Positions 56,901 to 59,090 are shown, counted from the stretch's first letter. The stretch is 64,000 bases of DNA from Candidatus Omnitrophota bacterium (GCA_903884815.1 CAISGE010000021.1:448-64447); one strand, 5' to 3'. The notes: generated from the sequence alone by a model not told the origin. A program made the numbers and translations.

Positions 56901-59090
56901 GGTGTTATAGGTCATGGTCGGAGTGCTCTTAAGAACAGTCCCGTCCGCGTGCATCAACGCGGCGTCTGTGGCCGAAGGCGTCGGGGTCGTGACTGACGCG
57001 GGCGCGGCCGAAATGGCTGTCTCAGTATAGGTCCCTTGTTCCACGAGGGTGTAAGCCGTGTCGCCCGTCTTCAGCTGGTATTTTGAATACTTTTTATTGG
57101 CCGTATCCTGTGCATATATAGAGGAGAGGCCATTTTCAGTCGCATAGATGTATCGATAAGTCCCCCCGTTATTCGCGAAAACGGCCGTCTCGAGCCTGGC
57201 TTGCCCGTTGGCATAAGAGAAGGTGTATTGATTCCCGGAATAGCTGAGAACCACGCTACTGGGCGCCTGACTGATGACGGTGACGGATCCTGGCACGAAA
57301 TAGAGCGATCCGCCTTGAAGCAGGTTTACTGCGGCGGCGACGGCTGTCTGCTCGGGGGTTTCGGGAAGCGCGGGAACCCGGCTATTCTCATCGATTTGAT
57401 CGGTGGTCCCTACGAGTTGAAAAGTTCCCTGCTCGTGCAAAACAGGATGCGCGGGATTCTGGTAATCATAAAGGGCATAGCGAAGATTGGCAACATCGTA
57501 GCTGTAAACGCGGTGAGTGGTAATATCGTAGACATAGCGGTAATCCACGAGACTTGTTGCCCCGCCAAGAGGCGGCCCCCGACTCCGGATCAAATTCCCC
57601 CAAACACTGCTCGGGAATGAATTATAAACATCAAAGATCTGGCTATTATTCGGATCGACGACCATCCACCCCTGGGAACTGCGGGTCAGAAGATTTTTGA
57701 AGGCAGGCGGTGTCGTTGCTGTAAAAGTTCCCGCACTTACAATATTCTTCTCCTGAAGATCGATCACCCCGCTGGTGGTGCCGGAGGCAGGAGCCGCGAG
57801 CAATTCCATCTTAACGAACGTGTTCTCTACATAATTAAGTACAGTCACAGAACCATGATTGCCCGCCGTCGCCGCCTCATAGACATATTTGAGCCAAACC
57901 GTGTCCGTCTTGTATTCCAGAATTCTCCCGAAAGCGCCCCCGGCGGTCCGCTCGAAAACGACGAGCTGTTCCTGGGACTGCGAATCCGTATCCTTGATCG
58001 TGAAGGTTTGAGCGACGGTGTCGATCTGCATCCGCGAGAGCACCTGGGCGCCGCTAAGCTTGCTTTCCATCGTTCCAACAGCGAGAAGAGCGCCGCGCTT
58101 GTTCCCGCCCGTCAGCGCATACTCCCAGAAATAAGCCGTGCCAGCCGATGGCGCGCCGCCTGCGGAACGATCGATCACAGTCATCGTCCCCTTGGTATCA
58201 TCGTAGCGGACCTCAAAATCAACCGGACTCACCACCCCCTGCACATTCGTATACCGAATAAGACGGCTCTCGCCCCCGGGAAGTTTCTCATAGACCCTCT
58301 GGATAAAAAACGTCGGATCATTCGTCCTGTCGCAATACGTTGTTTCATCCGTCCCATAAATTGCGGTAGCAACCGTCGTGGGTGTACCCCCGGAAACGAA
58401 TGCATAGCCCGTCTCCAAAAGACCTCCGAGTTGACCTGCGGCATCCACCGAAAACTTCTGATAGGTATCCGTCCCGCCGGGAACGATCGTCGTCACCTGA
58501 ACGTAATTCGGCGTCTGACCGGGACCGTAATCAAAGCGACGCGTCTCAAGATCATAAATATCCTTACCGTCATTCCCGACAACTTTCTGCCCGTTCACAA
58601 GGCGAAGTTTGGTAAGATCGCAAATCTCCGTAATCCGGTTGTTCGTCGGATCAAATTTAAAATAAGTATTATCCGAATAACTCATCGTCTTGATCCCGGT
58701 AAGGGTATCCGTCGTTTCGGTCCCGGCAACATTAATCTTTCCCAGAGGATTCTGCTCGGTCCAAAAGGAATCCGCGATCGGACGTGTCGCAACCGGAGGT
58801 GTCGTTCCCGCTAAAGGATTTGCGGGCACCTTGTTCGGGTCAACAGAATTCAAAGGATCCTGGCCATTTGTCGATTTGGCCTGAAGGTCCGTGAGATCAT
58901 TCATGTAGTGGATCTTGTCATTCTTGGATATATCAGCGGAAGGCAGCACAGCATTCGGGGAAACGCCAAAAGCAAAAACAAGTTGGACATCGGTCTGAGT
59001 CAAAAGAAAAGTGAAGATCACAAAAAGACTGAGACCTTTCAGGACCCACGACTTCTTATCACTGTGATAAGAGCTGATCACGAGTAACAC
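21000..59090 (-). CDS. Giant exported multidomain protein (12,696 aa)
   Basis: Uninterrupted 38-kb ORF with an N-terminal signal-like sequence (KKSWVLKGLSLFVIFTFLLTQ...VFA). RBS AAAGGA at 59092-59097; the true start may be the GTG at 59081. Internal enzyme motifs are intact. Confidence 0.95.
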   Translation of the reverse strand: MLLVISSYHSDKKSWVLKGLSLFVIFTFLLTQTDVQLVFAFGVSPNAVLPSADISKNDKIHYMNDLTDLQAKSTNGQDPLNSVDPNKVPANPLAGTTPPVATRPIADSFWTEQNPLGKINVAGTETTDTLTGIKTMSYSDNTYFKFDPTNNRITEICDLTKLRLVNGQKVVGNDGKDIYDLETRRFDYGPGQTPNYVQVTTIVPGGTDTYQKFSVDAAGQLGGLLETGYAFVSGGTPTTVATAIYGTDETTYCDRTNDPTFFIQRVYEKLPGGESRLIRYTNVQGVVSPVDFEVRYDDTKGTMTVIDRSAGGAPSAGTAYFWEYALTGGNKRGALLAVGTMESKLSGAQVLSRMQIDTVAQTFTIKDTDSQSQEQLVVFERTAGGAFGRILEYKTDTVWLKYVYEAATAGNHGSVTVLNYVENTFVKMELLAAPASGTTSGVIDLQEKNIVSAGTFTATTPPAFKNLLTRSSQGWMVVDPNNSQIFDVYNSFPSSVWGNLIRSRGPPLGGATSLVDYRYVYDITTHRVYSYDVANLRYALYDYQNPAHPVLHEQGTFQLVGTTDQIDENSRVPALPETPEQTAVAAAVNLLQGGSLYFVPGSVTVISQAPSSVVLSYSGNQYTFSYANGQARLETAVFANNGGTYRYIYATENGLSSIYAQDTANKKYSKYQLKTGDTAYTLVEQGTYTETAISAAPASVTTPTPSATDAALMHADGTVLKSTPTMTYNTVSVMASILYPSAGYSAATTALAFNAAHDLFAKFGVTVAMENVRLIADASSPNLLTVIVKYGNAEYACLYDTVAKTTRPVRMGIPNGDGTFKTVEYDYQIDGSQVPPVTKVYAYDPTSATAGHYSLFSLDPASNMFRLLEQGVYAKSGVNVTRSEPVRFDGIAQIPIYSSTLIPHYGFTDAAISPGFVAAQTALLNWTGIDWSQFGSVNFSAGDLIGTFRANSLTSSLLSAGWGQGKLDAIAAKLGQGTAVTPAEWVAALNQILAIRMLPADYARLQADAATQASLDSLTKSLLTRALDSQGTLTLMELKYLNRKLLEAVFSQQFVKATDLKILRVECDGPLAYVIEVNGSDFYYTYDPAGTSAAVLVKSRQPDTQTSGSFVIVEYDAMGRKTRVSNAANGALKKVYRYLEATSEVVELDYDAGATITIYKLDSNGMPGAMLRTGTFDDVNKIYVLGDGAAAVHKRYGNDGIIYTADDEVYTPSVQGTIRGGGSSSSFDPNQDRLERLLRTYDRDCIKSAFADEDECTDLGGKIKRLIDDLNSNAAGGGGGGSANLNSSATELNAGDPVPTPAILPEILSQGAAPVGAAGANVVYSQDGSTVSVTIDGVTQLWGKSDLSKTGQDSYDNLQQISTNGVTYHVGASRRITNATDAQGNILMAFSYNENFYGAGKNQMTITVMQGDGKSPITYSYSYGKDSDPMKERTLESRDDGRTVQVFANTRLASSLDKISNVLTTYTYDLSSGTVHIENNSTDLSKKVDRTVSLGGDGKYGTKDDFIVGFSADDAYLNSQAAGVVLQGGRITSVTDETGVTYTYGYANGQVTVNATDSNGGIVSRSTIDLGGGELGSSKNHFLSVLSEEKNYFRDAAGRLLQADGKTWAMTEELAGFSTQRTLTDFGWNDATNEVTLTTRRYVNGMLEQDPFSVQVFGLGADKRFGTGDDVLRFVRGYDREKNVRYEQIYDAQGRVVIYRNIDTGDALFYKFDDVAGRVEITSPSKDFHQVYEFDKDHPGDMSHARLISEGRSGWQRTWDQDGNVTSVTDKNGVTTFFQNGVMVSIVARDGTVLRDFQRVVDSNGTLVGAYAAGSNASYTTVSLGGGLFNRVYSSGVIVNYEEDPVTHQIKKVLNVSDVLGAEFKEVPSGNAELRRYENSGRVLVFQQIGGTGPEVLVSSTDIYGVTEIFCYSSSQAGCNVSADSDSSTLDYSVRGNETTYYADGLATRAETRDANGNVVAKTYNINTNGKIVSSSSFRVASNGAEVIQSVTKYDADGRVEMVWSYDFDGAKLESRSTYTYQSTDTTNKPAAYYKVDTIEQSNITAVSFSRPSDPAELVDPSKYPVPATADGAWVQTKTRFLTVNSFDRARLLSALQDGTTSSGMILQALGNPADLNSVTDQQITAALSNLYARRDLYSSLTAATQIDRSQFNAEIQTLIDQCAAYPTDSASLTPVQLQEIKKLNRAIISQIYSAALLPRSDVYGGGLVDYVENYAKPSSGATVSSLASKTEYDYKVVAGNYVRKDGVVYPRGVSGTLEFDSGDSGSYIGLARTVTRDVVTSGTRNASHNSTVCSSAAPCWRTTAISAFEQGAGNEKRMHTVTYYRQDTTGGADLLDSLAVSYDESHYKIDGVGATTNDYDYTTQYVYRDDPADPGTMAWVEARAFRQVQVAAKQSVTHDFGHDFTECTSSNAAACADDTYTVQTARANEGDVVLPEDSTIVLASEGSETQTYGSYTPGSGNSFAATGTYDISKLGDPKSHSFQIADANMDHVSYVHNYGGDMKSGLYNIYSKANTPDLELPVSVPMPTGYTLKTSNVDHNRDDTWFKQTSYDDAQGLGVNIVPPTRQGATEIMEFSGNDFATMTAHTFQLDVYGDGSWIRTKSRNVSPEGLDIPGSEQYMEQVKDTAFSVPGIAGGDGWIRLSTGLSASFEHVMNQSDYMRQVTVGNFTYVISNYTSAFSDSVPVSGKKIEYTIQEKDSTYSNVGVTTTNETWMKVTTGLTSSFQAGTSMEYMRQVTVGNFTYVISNYTSAFSDSVPVSGKKIEYTIQEKDSTYSNVGVTTTNETWMKVTTGLTSSFKTGTSMEYMRQVTVGIVTYVVGNYNAAFNAAADTTGLTYTKQVKDSTYSNVGVTTTNETWMKVSTDLSATFGITADSNFMRQITVSGVTYVVGNYADENCGAAADKTGLTYTKQTEDADFSNAGVNQGTKKWMRVSSDLSSTFGDQAYKSRYSRQITIVENTLADNALRPVTYSIGNYNSSFTGVVTDKDLEYSKQILQKGATYGGIPGNWTAMATSLTGAFAKQNSTQLTRQLTRKETDPLLGGTTVFTYRITDYGDMLFTPNTTYNRYSKLIQEVGTAYDVNGISQQGNWVRIQGDLTSGFATDSVRTTYARQLTGAENSTPGNHEYLIQRYQNDQYSSDYSYLQWIDQTMVGDRISVSDVYERTNPTGSPVNITPRKVSQSKYTYNTTSHAMEKVDTATDTLVTNNVYTGNRGEELLQTTTSKINKFDQGGTVDVPVIGRVFNVQTYTYATDPYDGRKTVDTVTDGNGTVTQFYTTGQRKGRINTITAPTGLKTTYTYVTPPTGPYCDIDKTTGSDGTVTQYMQKKVMGAYQDLIDKVMHPPADLGVTGGGQRLEYYYYSDRGELSVIKSDFGDQVFIRPRDALGRITQTVSFMFKPGQSGAFTPALDNPPTATTVRVISDTPAVTNYGSVQQLTVQDAWGQNQMVIDQLRATVVYQTASATYDSVTGNLESMTETRGGFGRDYSALVKTAVMSAAAWESFIPAASRPNPPDSTYDMTRYYASNGDVIHIKNRYEPKTGTDQSDLTYTRDTNGVLRKITTTDQLMKDWNLTNTPKLQATVQTFNNVGDVISSTDRFGNRTDFTYTKNNVGQMTEMVIKDWRDRCFADGDCPTWYTPGDFDGQEFLGTKQEFDPDTGLMTKQTDSYAVVTYYNYTINGCGRTAAVLTRTPRTDATSGITTTDAVYEVMDDKGYAKSRERILADAWNPAATSTGNKIFTKGDDAETAKAGLKVLRTQLSKFEYVLSKGLLTKTTEMDLTMTSKLSPYLTAAQLAALPMAGNCFTLSASVSCTETQYDKIGMETKTMDRYGNHTEYVRTLKANGLQDDLTVKQLSVVSSEESTVNENITITKFNSVGIKNQTIDNFGNLSTITQLFEGGFLKSEQTLDQTPGAPGKPQANLPRTFYFDRFGNVTGYLDVWGNVFTRTNSFEYGSFLVNGYSDTQVIDSKEFTTQLFLDVKTGFKTRYVDARGNAFRYEYDADSLDGRGRLVHYTEVSESRENQGLSDTREVWFDPYFNTIRAETDFEGVFSLYDNDYTDGKLTGRTRTQSEGYTSSPKTLVAADNTVYTVDDPTNSGTEMQKNTDLKCSGSTCTYTTVNDGYYATYEEYDEYNRVTLFRGGTRDDDSRNASVGQREYVYTTDAHGFIEKTVETYTPSGAAGVEEITRYFLTPSQDTSNITIPGYNVAYEPDPNDKTHAIKSMVSWDLFDNEFVQKHLAQNGYGTLMALSRTGTDASGADFTSNSFFTYRLAMGDESFESGTPVVSEQRTLYHKSTGDGYFEDRTGSFYSQYGEVISQRVKKVNLSSFLGSKILVSSPMELYDRQITIDARNALGNVTQSTETINYQANFLGDTWAPTAGLLRDKIVTTFGDYNDPQTFEKQQFFIGSEFDEAKAERIKLLFVERANGTRVVGIERMPPAALAGARQPPAFAVVLDGNGLPVSLEYNGAALGALTNTLDNTQGLPACTGNNGPNCYDKTNTEVPANQNSYWNVANSTLPLADLRQLNESLPGMRALMSSRVYATTDPTAATAQANAAQAGQLTASMIIQPPASTSRTGIYTMRDILFETIVDVTTHNITAANVSDFLKNRMGSRMGQVPDSYFDLAAQIARTYESELAGAPDGDPSLGDVTTATDTFKTGITGKKNEFIGAIKKAAADYKRDVASDPSAALTALNAAYKDATQKFNQWIQTNVDQLTSDLNDAYAPFNNNLTGDCGLFRYASRDALFFTMNDVNIRLPIPPEFDQSGNLKWDSTVVDGATDFIDKALSRINTTSTAAAGLYSATIGYMKTVVDQTKALFKGSGEAEGSIDKDTHEEDLAKDTITSIREGNTTDLATNLNSLGGDAASYQTSLRAAQQNYQGSVTDALQDASVDGDSLTRAFSQGGFVRTSDGVTLQIVGSANGLEDMVTGYAVERVTRFTETVLQQYPLLDSTLYKANSPTAYYGDNSKSITDGAALVTGTGGYLETLTADYAGIRGKFLDLVKADSALRVNSGIVIALKVAMESNEWVGDRTQKTVRDAARGVWVANVDDIMGRVESVRSAYFGALDAVNDALCKTTEDGCSADIAAQGFKTAILLRKAAALNNAINLYGSLAGYSGWGGQAGDLFQPIYGSGSDMGCFYIDGPHGRDRTNGGQTDITSKDNTWAANVEAALKHLTSDAGAILSTLVGLATTRTSELTTALTDAKDYYLVSGLDNNLLMLRANFYGLAAQATYQSAYQVAEQVYHIAYAAAGGFGSDKTAWNAMQKAEKDAANAFKAECARILDTYQSDSGLVTKYLTYRYYDFYLTQDRNHQLRNDVFVPMMKASQKVNEDKKPIDKHGTGQAGSTITGGSKTPAAASSTRTGDTVTTATTVGFYNQSGDLSFSASMAGLSSGGTALTEIFSRRGYESMTTTFSQRDPSTGLLSRYARLQQEYRDDRNHMTLRSSGSLTLLRNSAGRVISARGDNLLLTKSILDGHGAAEYSLTDTYTWKLNTEKIFQNGSTIYRDVKTGQVYMIDIAGNKIFGPSWAALLKMARTGFVASDYSGARLIGWGVKSINTVRIKQTDNWIFDRNGTAHLIGLEGSKLEALRAKARTLDLLTVSGMEILAAESLRRYGVLDASFFTAERSLFLSILKKDGRILTESLTIQHLGGQAVSENGSWGSLKATFAFIKKAVLEGARMDLSTASGATAFKNILEKLIPHATEADSKNSMRMVTLNRAGVEAFVIGWGVSSIPTANGGGYGAYGVVVSHINNADYRTPTLIDGKAVNILAHDGVSRGVYSNTIISATGTNGLSKWALDGIAKSMINFALINKDGSVYAQAFEPDKKTGNVVYWLDNKVYAGNRGGSVLLIKEEYSAGGKIYLTVLNASGALQRQGVSAYAMLDGLNMGPLSGRLNQAIFDATGLIQGGIEGDKIVARVIGSARGKDTFDFFKIVSGGRAGDRTRTETYIAKFGIMISQDAVEDKASRTMSMPGDNAPAQYRDANGRLITNMTFTQALAAAKEGYAAFGAFGSNLIMHGFTEMDGVAIKNTDQWLSDKAGHWVFGTMPAASGIANDVMADGGRQLTRAIIGLTDSYALGAGKDSNGNVLLIYDSGLNRLGIAGVLQSRKDGAISFYGSTADRILYDAITGKALTSVMTGAELTKIFASLLGGATLEGEVAAPTDILRANPFAGALLGYATTTFGLDSTLRMTAGEKLSAGTARFLSLKGKDFLSISSSGTDNLTILSHNINTGSFNAIAATPNRSFSVLQDDGAMYMVNGPYDIMDMTGNILPAGDATDILKSEIEALGLRLNANLVTFYKDSRMFSGGIGYYNFDLGKVDFVADSGKFFGLRDGKLVQLNVGAQEIVDFKQGGKTFRRYMPYLIGALSGGALQKDEIDTYKGRLNALNLRLTENLCLMLANGSANGWTGMFDKNFLGGLGGIQYIGNSVTGAVMSANSYSGEFSSFNAGESTTSIHTQEGKRIEVVNLYKVSFADGREMRDQDIEGGLQHLYDSLQLLGVRALPGRAYEIDANGIRTGAIGAWNFNEDCLSWLKKGDEIRVFNKPSAASKMLGYLKNLVSGQGASAHEEESGSIASWLTNAMNSVANFFLGTPLMETPAGGGSRTGLLPSVAAKMLSFLQSKLIDSSDILVPTAETPELRYIGGSGWIEIFGRNSYSVNIRMADGTLRTASEKYSPVQMEYIRQQIAASGLREASGTIYEIVNGAVGLKGATQALTGPDGKSIGNAYMLSDGKTVKLSVALTLDDTPEFRESLLKVFTTEQISALRDTHWFTPDLGIQTRLSASSGGRDFLGWSAFSVKLGEALDKFINTSKEDWKIDASPEAIRKLNIQMQSMQTMVSNAVTSLIIQSGVRHDPTRFAEIKDGNFTGFIGIMNHEQHPWIDAMTNGFEFLFLANGGNFERVNVSEQGWLTYSGENNTTWMQPARAKMMVSSDSSKILALMDPAESAKLMDRMTEAAVALGVIRSTDFALQVVGGEFNGVSRYVATLGAILGEKLNGNGYWNFNNVTFKIVNGKIRDANGVRLWESSKTFADLIAAFRVKGVDENGKEIEHVFMRAQGLNKVVIDVQTSGGGLGHINFYNGEFTLDASRKAGQGDLSIIYSSSADQPLSAIELIHLNQHVGAESEEGREFLQKFLPGKVSANIAGTFKEFAETVYWKDWGEFQDMSFSGTYTFGGQNIGGAGTSDAKGTILVEKISYGKGLITLNVEQASAYKFLLEDKLEEINKGWIASGHNALVSKVDWKWGFTQEFKAADKNLVVTGTLFGKDASFEMKSLAGNEAFLSLGDTPLDRFKGMVDQFKGMVGQIKGKGVESLRCNALDLEEGVTYWIQKVVGQKTTKEWNYFSKDEMTFKEMDNGITDYKAGIIVNSNYKDYQLGKDFKFDKTDGKAGYKIVLDMMAREDTTGKYFTKERIGLGLAQCEVVDSEGVTASLDGTITLGHLFWRGQASLECTLTYKELPVFDDYGRLIEVKSRSYAKNGTAQAVFHQDRTEYVVRKNLRGETVMDVVTYRESGSFADKLVHDTDKGIAYTHEDSQTVTFTYYLPADTVWGGGAAGDNLIANRLFVDQMNNQYGFIGIVKGTDNPGSLFDNRLIVYEGRPYQGFANEVIASDTLYSHWGVNSSLELVGASLGNVRTFHSWRSWTDTNTITGVSREEKISFWEFGRLYSAQTLLWAAANAPTAVAMAGIALYAGVCAVGAIAGAILSAVGASTAAIIMKVSAYAMWVGIGTTILKGGLEYCGVIDQTDMTYKVLTTIEMAGFILGALFGGWGRKIAAEAVNAISKGMKTAQGIAQASRAAGFVKSTKTVFSTVSGISRLRQLSMAAGWAANTSNLFVGMARLTTLTGLGLWGFGLAAHQDWAVGYGKLLTTIGASAIAIGSLWRIALGVNQFSKISSSIGFFAKTSRVVAGMMNIAATVGVAMFGAGKWSDNPWLTNMGILVAGFAIGARFVQFFAPSISEIAGISSIKTAAGAASYFKWGQVFLGLGNVAVYGAGVGMAAYGALKGNKPIRDAGITLLMVSLGLKALQGVLLARLVTVQGITAAGELSLQGQLLVDRVAGLGAASRFGARLAQESVSLNTSILKLLVIDAGRSVVTFHMLPVAMAALGVEHLFEVVMNQFGMHFIQDEDRSYWGHLIYVFRTNFLDAKAWAPSRVLHDVLLGQALHFFAPTFSQGLFGRFSETNGVIRALLPGSVTRWAAKMTETYMAQGWKQTLAGFASSGFAYADNLLLFNLVMASSQAFATLVKAPVIQQKEGHVQGISDVESILKDFASLPGFLAGVLAVAVSGDFTRAFTELGTFAGALSRSAILLVPQAAGNLRSPFRDIIREPLRRDQARYTALNDRARSAFHEAMANRDHVVAEKILMSAPPIVVPRALTSVITDKDVLQDLQAFTVWKFMSTSTGSGSMIDVRANLLPDFLASPDGLQGLLDSLSPLARQSYDAAGRLSDFEVGCNIRLGILSPEVQTFVNGLGETARATIYRALNKGRLDVAQGILADLARPPQLSTGLSSINRGRLDFIVRDAAMTGRLSLESFNSDKAGGRLTVDELLNNFYSGKLAPAEVTHLFDVITGEFKAVLLDNWTRPMASSFAKVSASERTSVGARLFKAPEEVKSVPVKDAANPSAPNQTAKPAVSIAEKMGGTLPEALRGLEGRLEASTDIMTAIADALFTGLPRGEFGAFLNEFFRQTETQGFLSIQAADGSTFQLVLAAGARVTRSGVILGIHNFTMEELRNPDTIEVGSGKRKLLDSWINISRYSSDASVSRGLLTIYVDAVRAGEGDRFMTILNDLSTLDGHSVTIDGNNVLDLLISKLSPSESILRSIIETHGGIFSVRSGRSLEGLDAIGRFAILRESARRMDMRTSIGVKEQVKALFDAFRNIPASQYAEGQVARVVFGIDGEKAPLILSVETADHLFQVISGLDKNGAFARALGNAVLDGGYKGTLLESLITKLAETNSHVQIAVFMNTLGVTGIDADPEKAAAFEALRHQAEKVQAHNPWLSQVDSLVKVAEQLLDLKGKFEGKEALLKNSFATSVALEIMRFYLAPEIRRYGGDVSFVVENGKLVLQTESDGKLIFKNGTSPRVSNPVLVEFFVRQRVQTVNDWLASDPVRSWKTSLENSPIETAAVERAASAAYYFVLTHGVEKFNAIDKAPNLDTLVTELTAIHAMFLKNIKNQAYPVDEAQPSLISELLDPDTMVRQAAVGILDTAFGSAKKSAKTVGLSEPEFNRFLESYLAPRCAAEGGGGFESYARIFAFMEKTVRDAKAEPSLKDFFSSMGGFKAHETMLRTAALVFSARGIKLLHEQMCAILEGLLGSNVNVAVGGGKTFLMATFDFIFGANVHITESEQAVGRIVAEPNQKKSPAEKLANALGIELVNGEKLIEAITKGPESGREAAYQRLLSILSQDGNQAREVLAVSYTTLGHLMTHFRSTELAKYQEFSKVFQSSVRNMDEIHRIVDPTYFILGGDTMKATELRYFHVYCAYNELFVDPAMKGDKSIMLWEKDGVLMDRFDNVVDQSNLSWSDHIIVTESGKYFKQYGDQRAVILFDSSRYEIRKSSTQVGQFFKRGRAADALKERYNKIYDAENESIPVNDRSEKLEDLSIFTSELQSILKYQAMRTAEMVERGIVGRIRKGVGDQYRPMGSDGKQADTQIISDTVGLITISYKLNDVGLAHELAGLGIKGSKEAGYKTETQVLKAAGKANRYESLDLAQIRGSAKNIEMTNTLTASSMADIFMLFGGVSAAYGMSGTVAEVSMQAKMIAGRNTEVIFGKGGQFADAYIHELLSQKTRGPGQAKKSFELKSWKPSSFKSQEAEANFIARELIAAFKEGRRSVLSGFSTDTMIDLVKAELVKEKIKVDQIVVIDGTYESQQSVKPSVDKFNQGSEEKIVLAAQHALIGFDYQRENMLYAGFTPEITSVMLIQNQGRIGRTIAMHEVFEAMVSAYAEGKSGLWGTSQDLADQINSKYWETYSAALKTALGKGQDGRKLSEILSSDRSAADRVTEEGSSFLSETLKPVNEVKFGDKDRYDADIVVYQNQDFLESQMSVFSDFKAIDGWRKFFLERMDTPAGKAYEYGNKLGENGPKNIVELLDRLRNVHEGQWEKLSKEEQFLLSYALNSAHAADATARSLTGQLMDFALMFNPMRDAMFRANFTQGAQGVKEREILCEFNIELMRHYGSDYDMERGDDYVSGPHSVNSLVRSRAKTAKDQLNNFLTKGAGKELSEPVRRSLQEAVETAGTVIERAGVEFEAINQAQRRRQYEGEFFGNLSFKTDVASRADTMIAIALGFAVEFAPELSGIGARAGLDASRRASEVTVQASELTEGTPDKDRAMLETLNGEYKAPVQTDNTTKIRTVNVAGIKIDVAKIQDANLRQLLTNNSLLKARFQAGRVVFSVNYEDEMKSHLESQASWLKSLLGDTGFDNWKSYLTIYHQLLGYGLTTEDITELRGALPRGGAVKVWDLIVSEMLALPGGAQQAKRRAVLAKNLNLSGTVLDALQQMEPEQLSKLVTLSEQSMITGQVFKKAGFSSAEADQWGEVIDPLAFYQVLRRMPLASYQQLSEGVFKGALRQALALSVLASGVDRAGTSSTERRTEVRDVVSQAATIIGVSRIGMSADELFDFLDCTGFEVTDPADPTKKIRISGPSGQYSNPAALVMSRVLALAAELAPSQNQMRVHRQAIAAARVQGNLARVEADILKDINLVIRPRLGDFLNQLHFVKAFAGEDRLSVSQIFELWRDTDWSQTDAFQTAAKAANLWLDLQASSIMLDGGIAFNLKSLRDAELLVRLGLTDGNKVDKFLMDLQAQGAVFSNSEDLFLNLKGLTLTSGLTPSALAAEAKIKMKERFILNGNQIVSHTGAPLVNLSGQQVTNFEFHGGQWIAETNRGRGVKVFFSPDKVRIEAGSGVSAMVDGSRVVLAGILDEFGRAMEFQRHDLVTALSVAFDGDVLKLSSGGANHEGGFADLNIVDGAVQDVFLFDNINQHTRDVGPVLYTRQPDGKSFAPVMSPDGRKVLLADARLVENNGVPGIRLNEIFFSLEELKNIAQIPDPGKRLLLDDWLKISAYSTEFAASRALLPVYRSALSQQEPSADRFMEIVDQMIEARDQGNPPVDDVSMLNHLISRLDPVQDSALIAIIEAQKVAFAEDLKNANEKARADMLAVMSSSDRYEAMIRLMESARLAGFDHFIQGADFARSAIRLIQTDGEFDEKERDILLQQSSYGLIQAFLKSLQKIDIGDNELMMLRQQLSELLDPLSEANRTPGRMTDLQDIVPLMEKIMILLPATITQAKRSVSNDKLNEYKSAGKKAQEALEQIKAYAKAYELFLKRATESGLSAKRMGRDGTVTSEVLTNDTAQRLSALDLLSTARHLRGVEDFGAFIREATAKGDYRSMAEYYVFTMENNENGSHRLQIDPARRAKFVDFIESKMREGKIFFGVARFDPTTGRVEKSDGLGTSMAIPATANLPEDAGLSDQERMDLWMSKHGYTNMGVPVFNVAEDIVQEIGEYYDFMKNNWVQSTGAEATVAHEYKIARDGKGRPNWFTSTGMVYCADYWWKQSPQHEYKHVTQPRPYLYSRSDSHGMIMMEEVFNFFGQIIEQLQDREHGHTYNWEGIDRKLESYARGHNFSSEIMKASFRSFFRLYLLHGSQAVRFGKYITNAADLVLLDDLTADQLQQNDLTDDLIVHALSDQLMPNGSITLGKAKADAEKLIDELLASEALKPQAEQMDLQEQGRAKARLIERALRAHTGKGYEKLVSYLNAHPEAGDASAIALNALRGALYQEFGLVHNVADYQPIKLTDGVHDESSVQAILSQLLDPSKVSIRDEGLALDQTRSLLVGLLASAGLTSDQYAIEQIPGKGLAVRIAAKNPDTTEDPVLHIAHVDVRPEVATDLEATIDAFGNIRAKDPLSALGADNRAGLAIILSTIIALVREPKHEGEIRLLVTTGEEVGLGVLHAVQSKPFNQMLKNVLTGVRRVYSADRQNQTEKTEDDYGRGAASERVTVGDDGEPAYEKIESTGEGFMPSQNIEHYIDVAAPGSAAQYKDVTARVLGTQGILIDGKTSGAQDDAHKGEMSENSNGDFYHIRRFNIQTGQFDADKSTGNEIEAVFNVFSGYYAHLRGFESTNIHELNQMAGTLKSLVDNLSQASMAALPPPAPAAGSGRPELRMAANAAAAQPAGPVAVRAEKRTGIPSAESQSSSATGLMKERPVTAKPSSWKKTAAIQYGYQVLPFLIPLSGLFAPIALLAPIEDILTRKSKDTLFRRALRGDAKGILGTFLKYAGIAGISTVTTGPVGAAISIGIFLVFDVFSKHDWVKTRLEEQESQQNATNEPESVTSEMPAASVEMGGRTELRSAGAGLPVDADPAALSLGGFKNAGRYAERFRQVASEGLLRTVRGSMPAIQRNALERLERERGVSVRIGQVPLGKSAFYMETETTKQIVLSQKFVDVFNASGALDQAMVLDAMESALRHELRHALGGDEKDSYRETIESLKAADQAAGTSRHSAVVNELEFLLTVLANLPKESAAYEKALQILEATIEYRSGMDALIENVRSMVYGIDEPRLLNIPGVNNDYHSVKGLEALEAKLLAEAKSGASMEHRILTVNPKLLASVRARGVLNRLMDKGAIVMISDKEGKRLGERIFAISQLAASIGKDQFKDLMKQASNKETGYFSIAECLRNEFIQAVLNALEAQNSVAVAA
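21630..21900 (-). other. Domain of giant ORF: C-terminal zincin-like HExxH module
   Basis: Beta strands (SAFY...KQIVLS), then helix ALRHELRHALGGDEKD (HELRH at 21678-21692) with a downstream Glu. Confidence 0.55.
22680..23620 (-). other. Domain of giant ORF: M20/M28 (peptidase T-like) dinuclear-zinc hydrolase
   Basis: HIAHVD (23451-23462), LGADNRAG, TTGEEVG, YSAD and YYAH...E appear in canonical order. Confidence 0.85.
24150..24900 (-). other. Domain of giant ORF: zincin-like HExxH module
   Basis: PQHEYKH (24405-24419) followed about 20 aa later by MMEE, a gluzincin-like spacing. Confidence 0.5.
28300..31250 (-). other. Domain of giant ORF: SecA-like SF2 (DEAD-type) ATPase
   Basis: Walker A VGGGKT (31116-31130), VHIT, Walker B MDEIH (30732-30743), YGMSGT (29844-29858; SecA has GMTGT), AAQHALIGFD (cf. 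ATNMAGRGTD) and QNQGRIGR (29304-29327; cf. QLRGRSGR). Confidence 0.8.
34150..36100 (-). other. Domain of giant ORF: Gly/Ala-rich multi-helix hydrophobic region
   Basis: More than ten consecutive hydrophobic segments, e.g. AMAGIALYAGVCAVGAIAGAILSAVG and WGQVFLGLGNVAVYGAGVGMAAYG. Confidence 0.8.
46000..58700 (-). other. Domain of giant ORF: RHS/YD-like beta-hairpin-rich extracellular region
   Basis: Many T/Y/D/G-rich hairpin motifs (YDAMGR, YDAQGR, FDRFGN, YVDARGN, TTYTY, YDEYNR). Confidence 0.7.
49700..51330 (-). repeat. Tandem ~219-bp (73 aa) repeat array with near-identical central copies
   Basis: CACCTGACGCATGTA at 50661, 50880 and 51099 (period 219). Unit YMRQVTVGNFTYVISNYTSAF...WMKVTTGLTSSF, with degenerate flanking copies. 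Confidence 0.95.

Noticed and set aside
21114-58884. Many 60-400 aa ORFs overlapping the giant gene (e.g. 48921-50117, 36246-37250, 39390-40361)
   Set aside because: Antisense or off-frame shadows in moderately GC-rich coding DNA, with no recognisable motifs.
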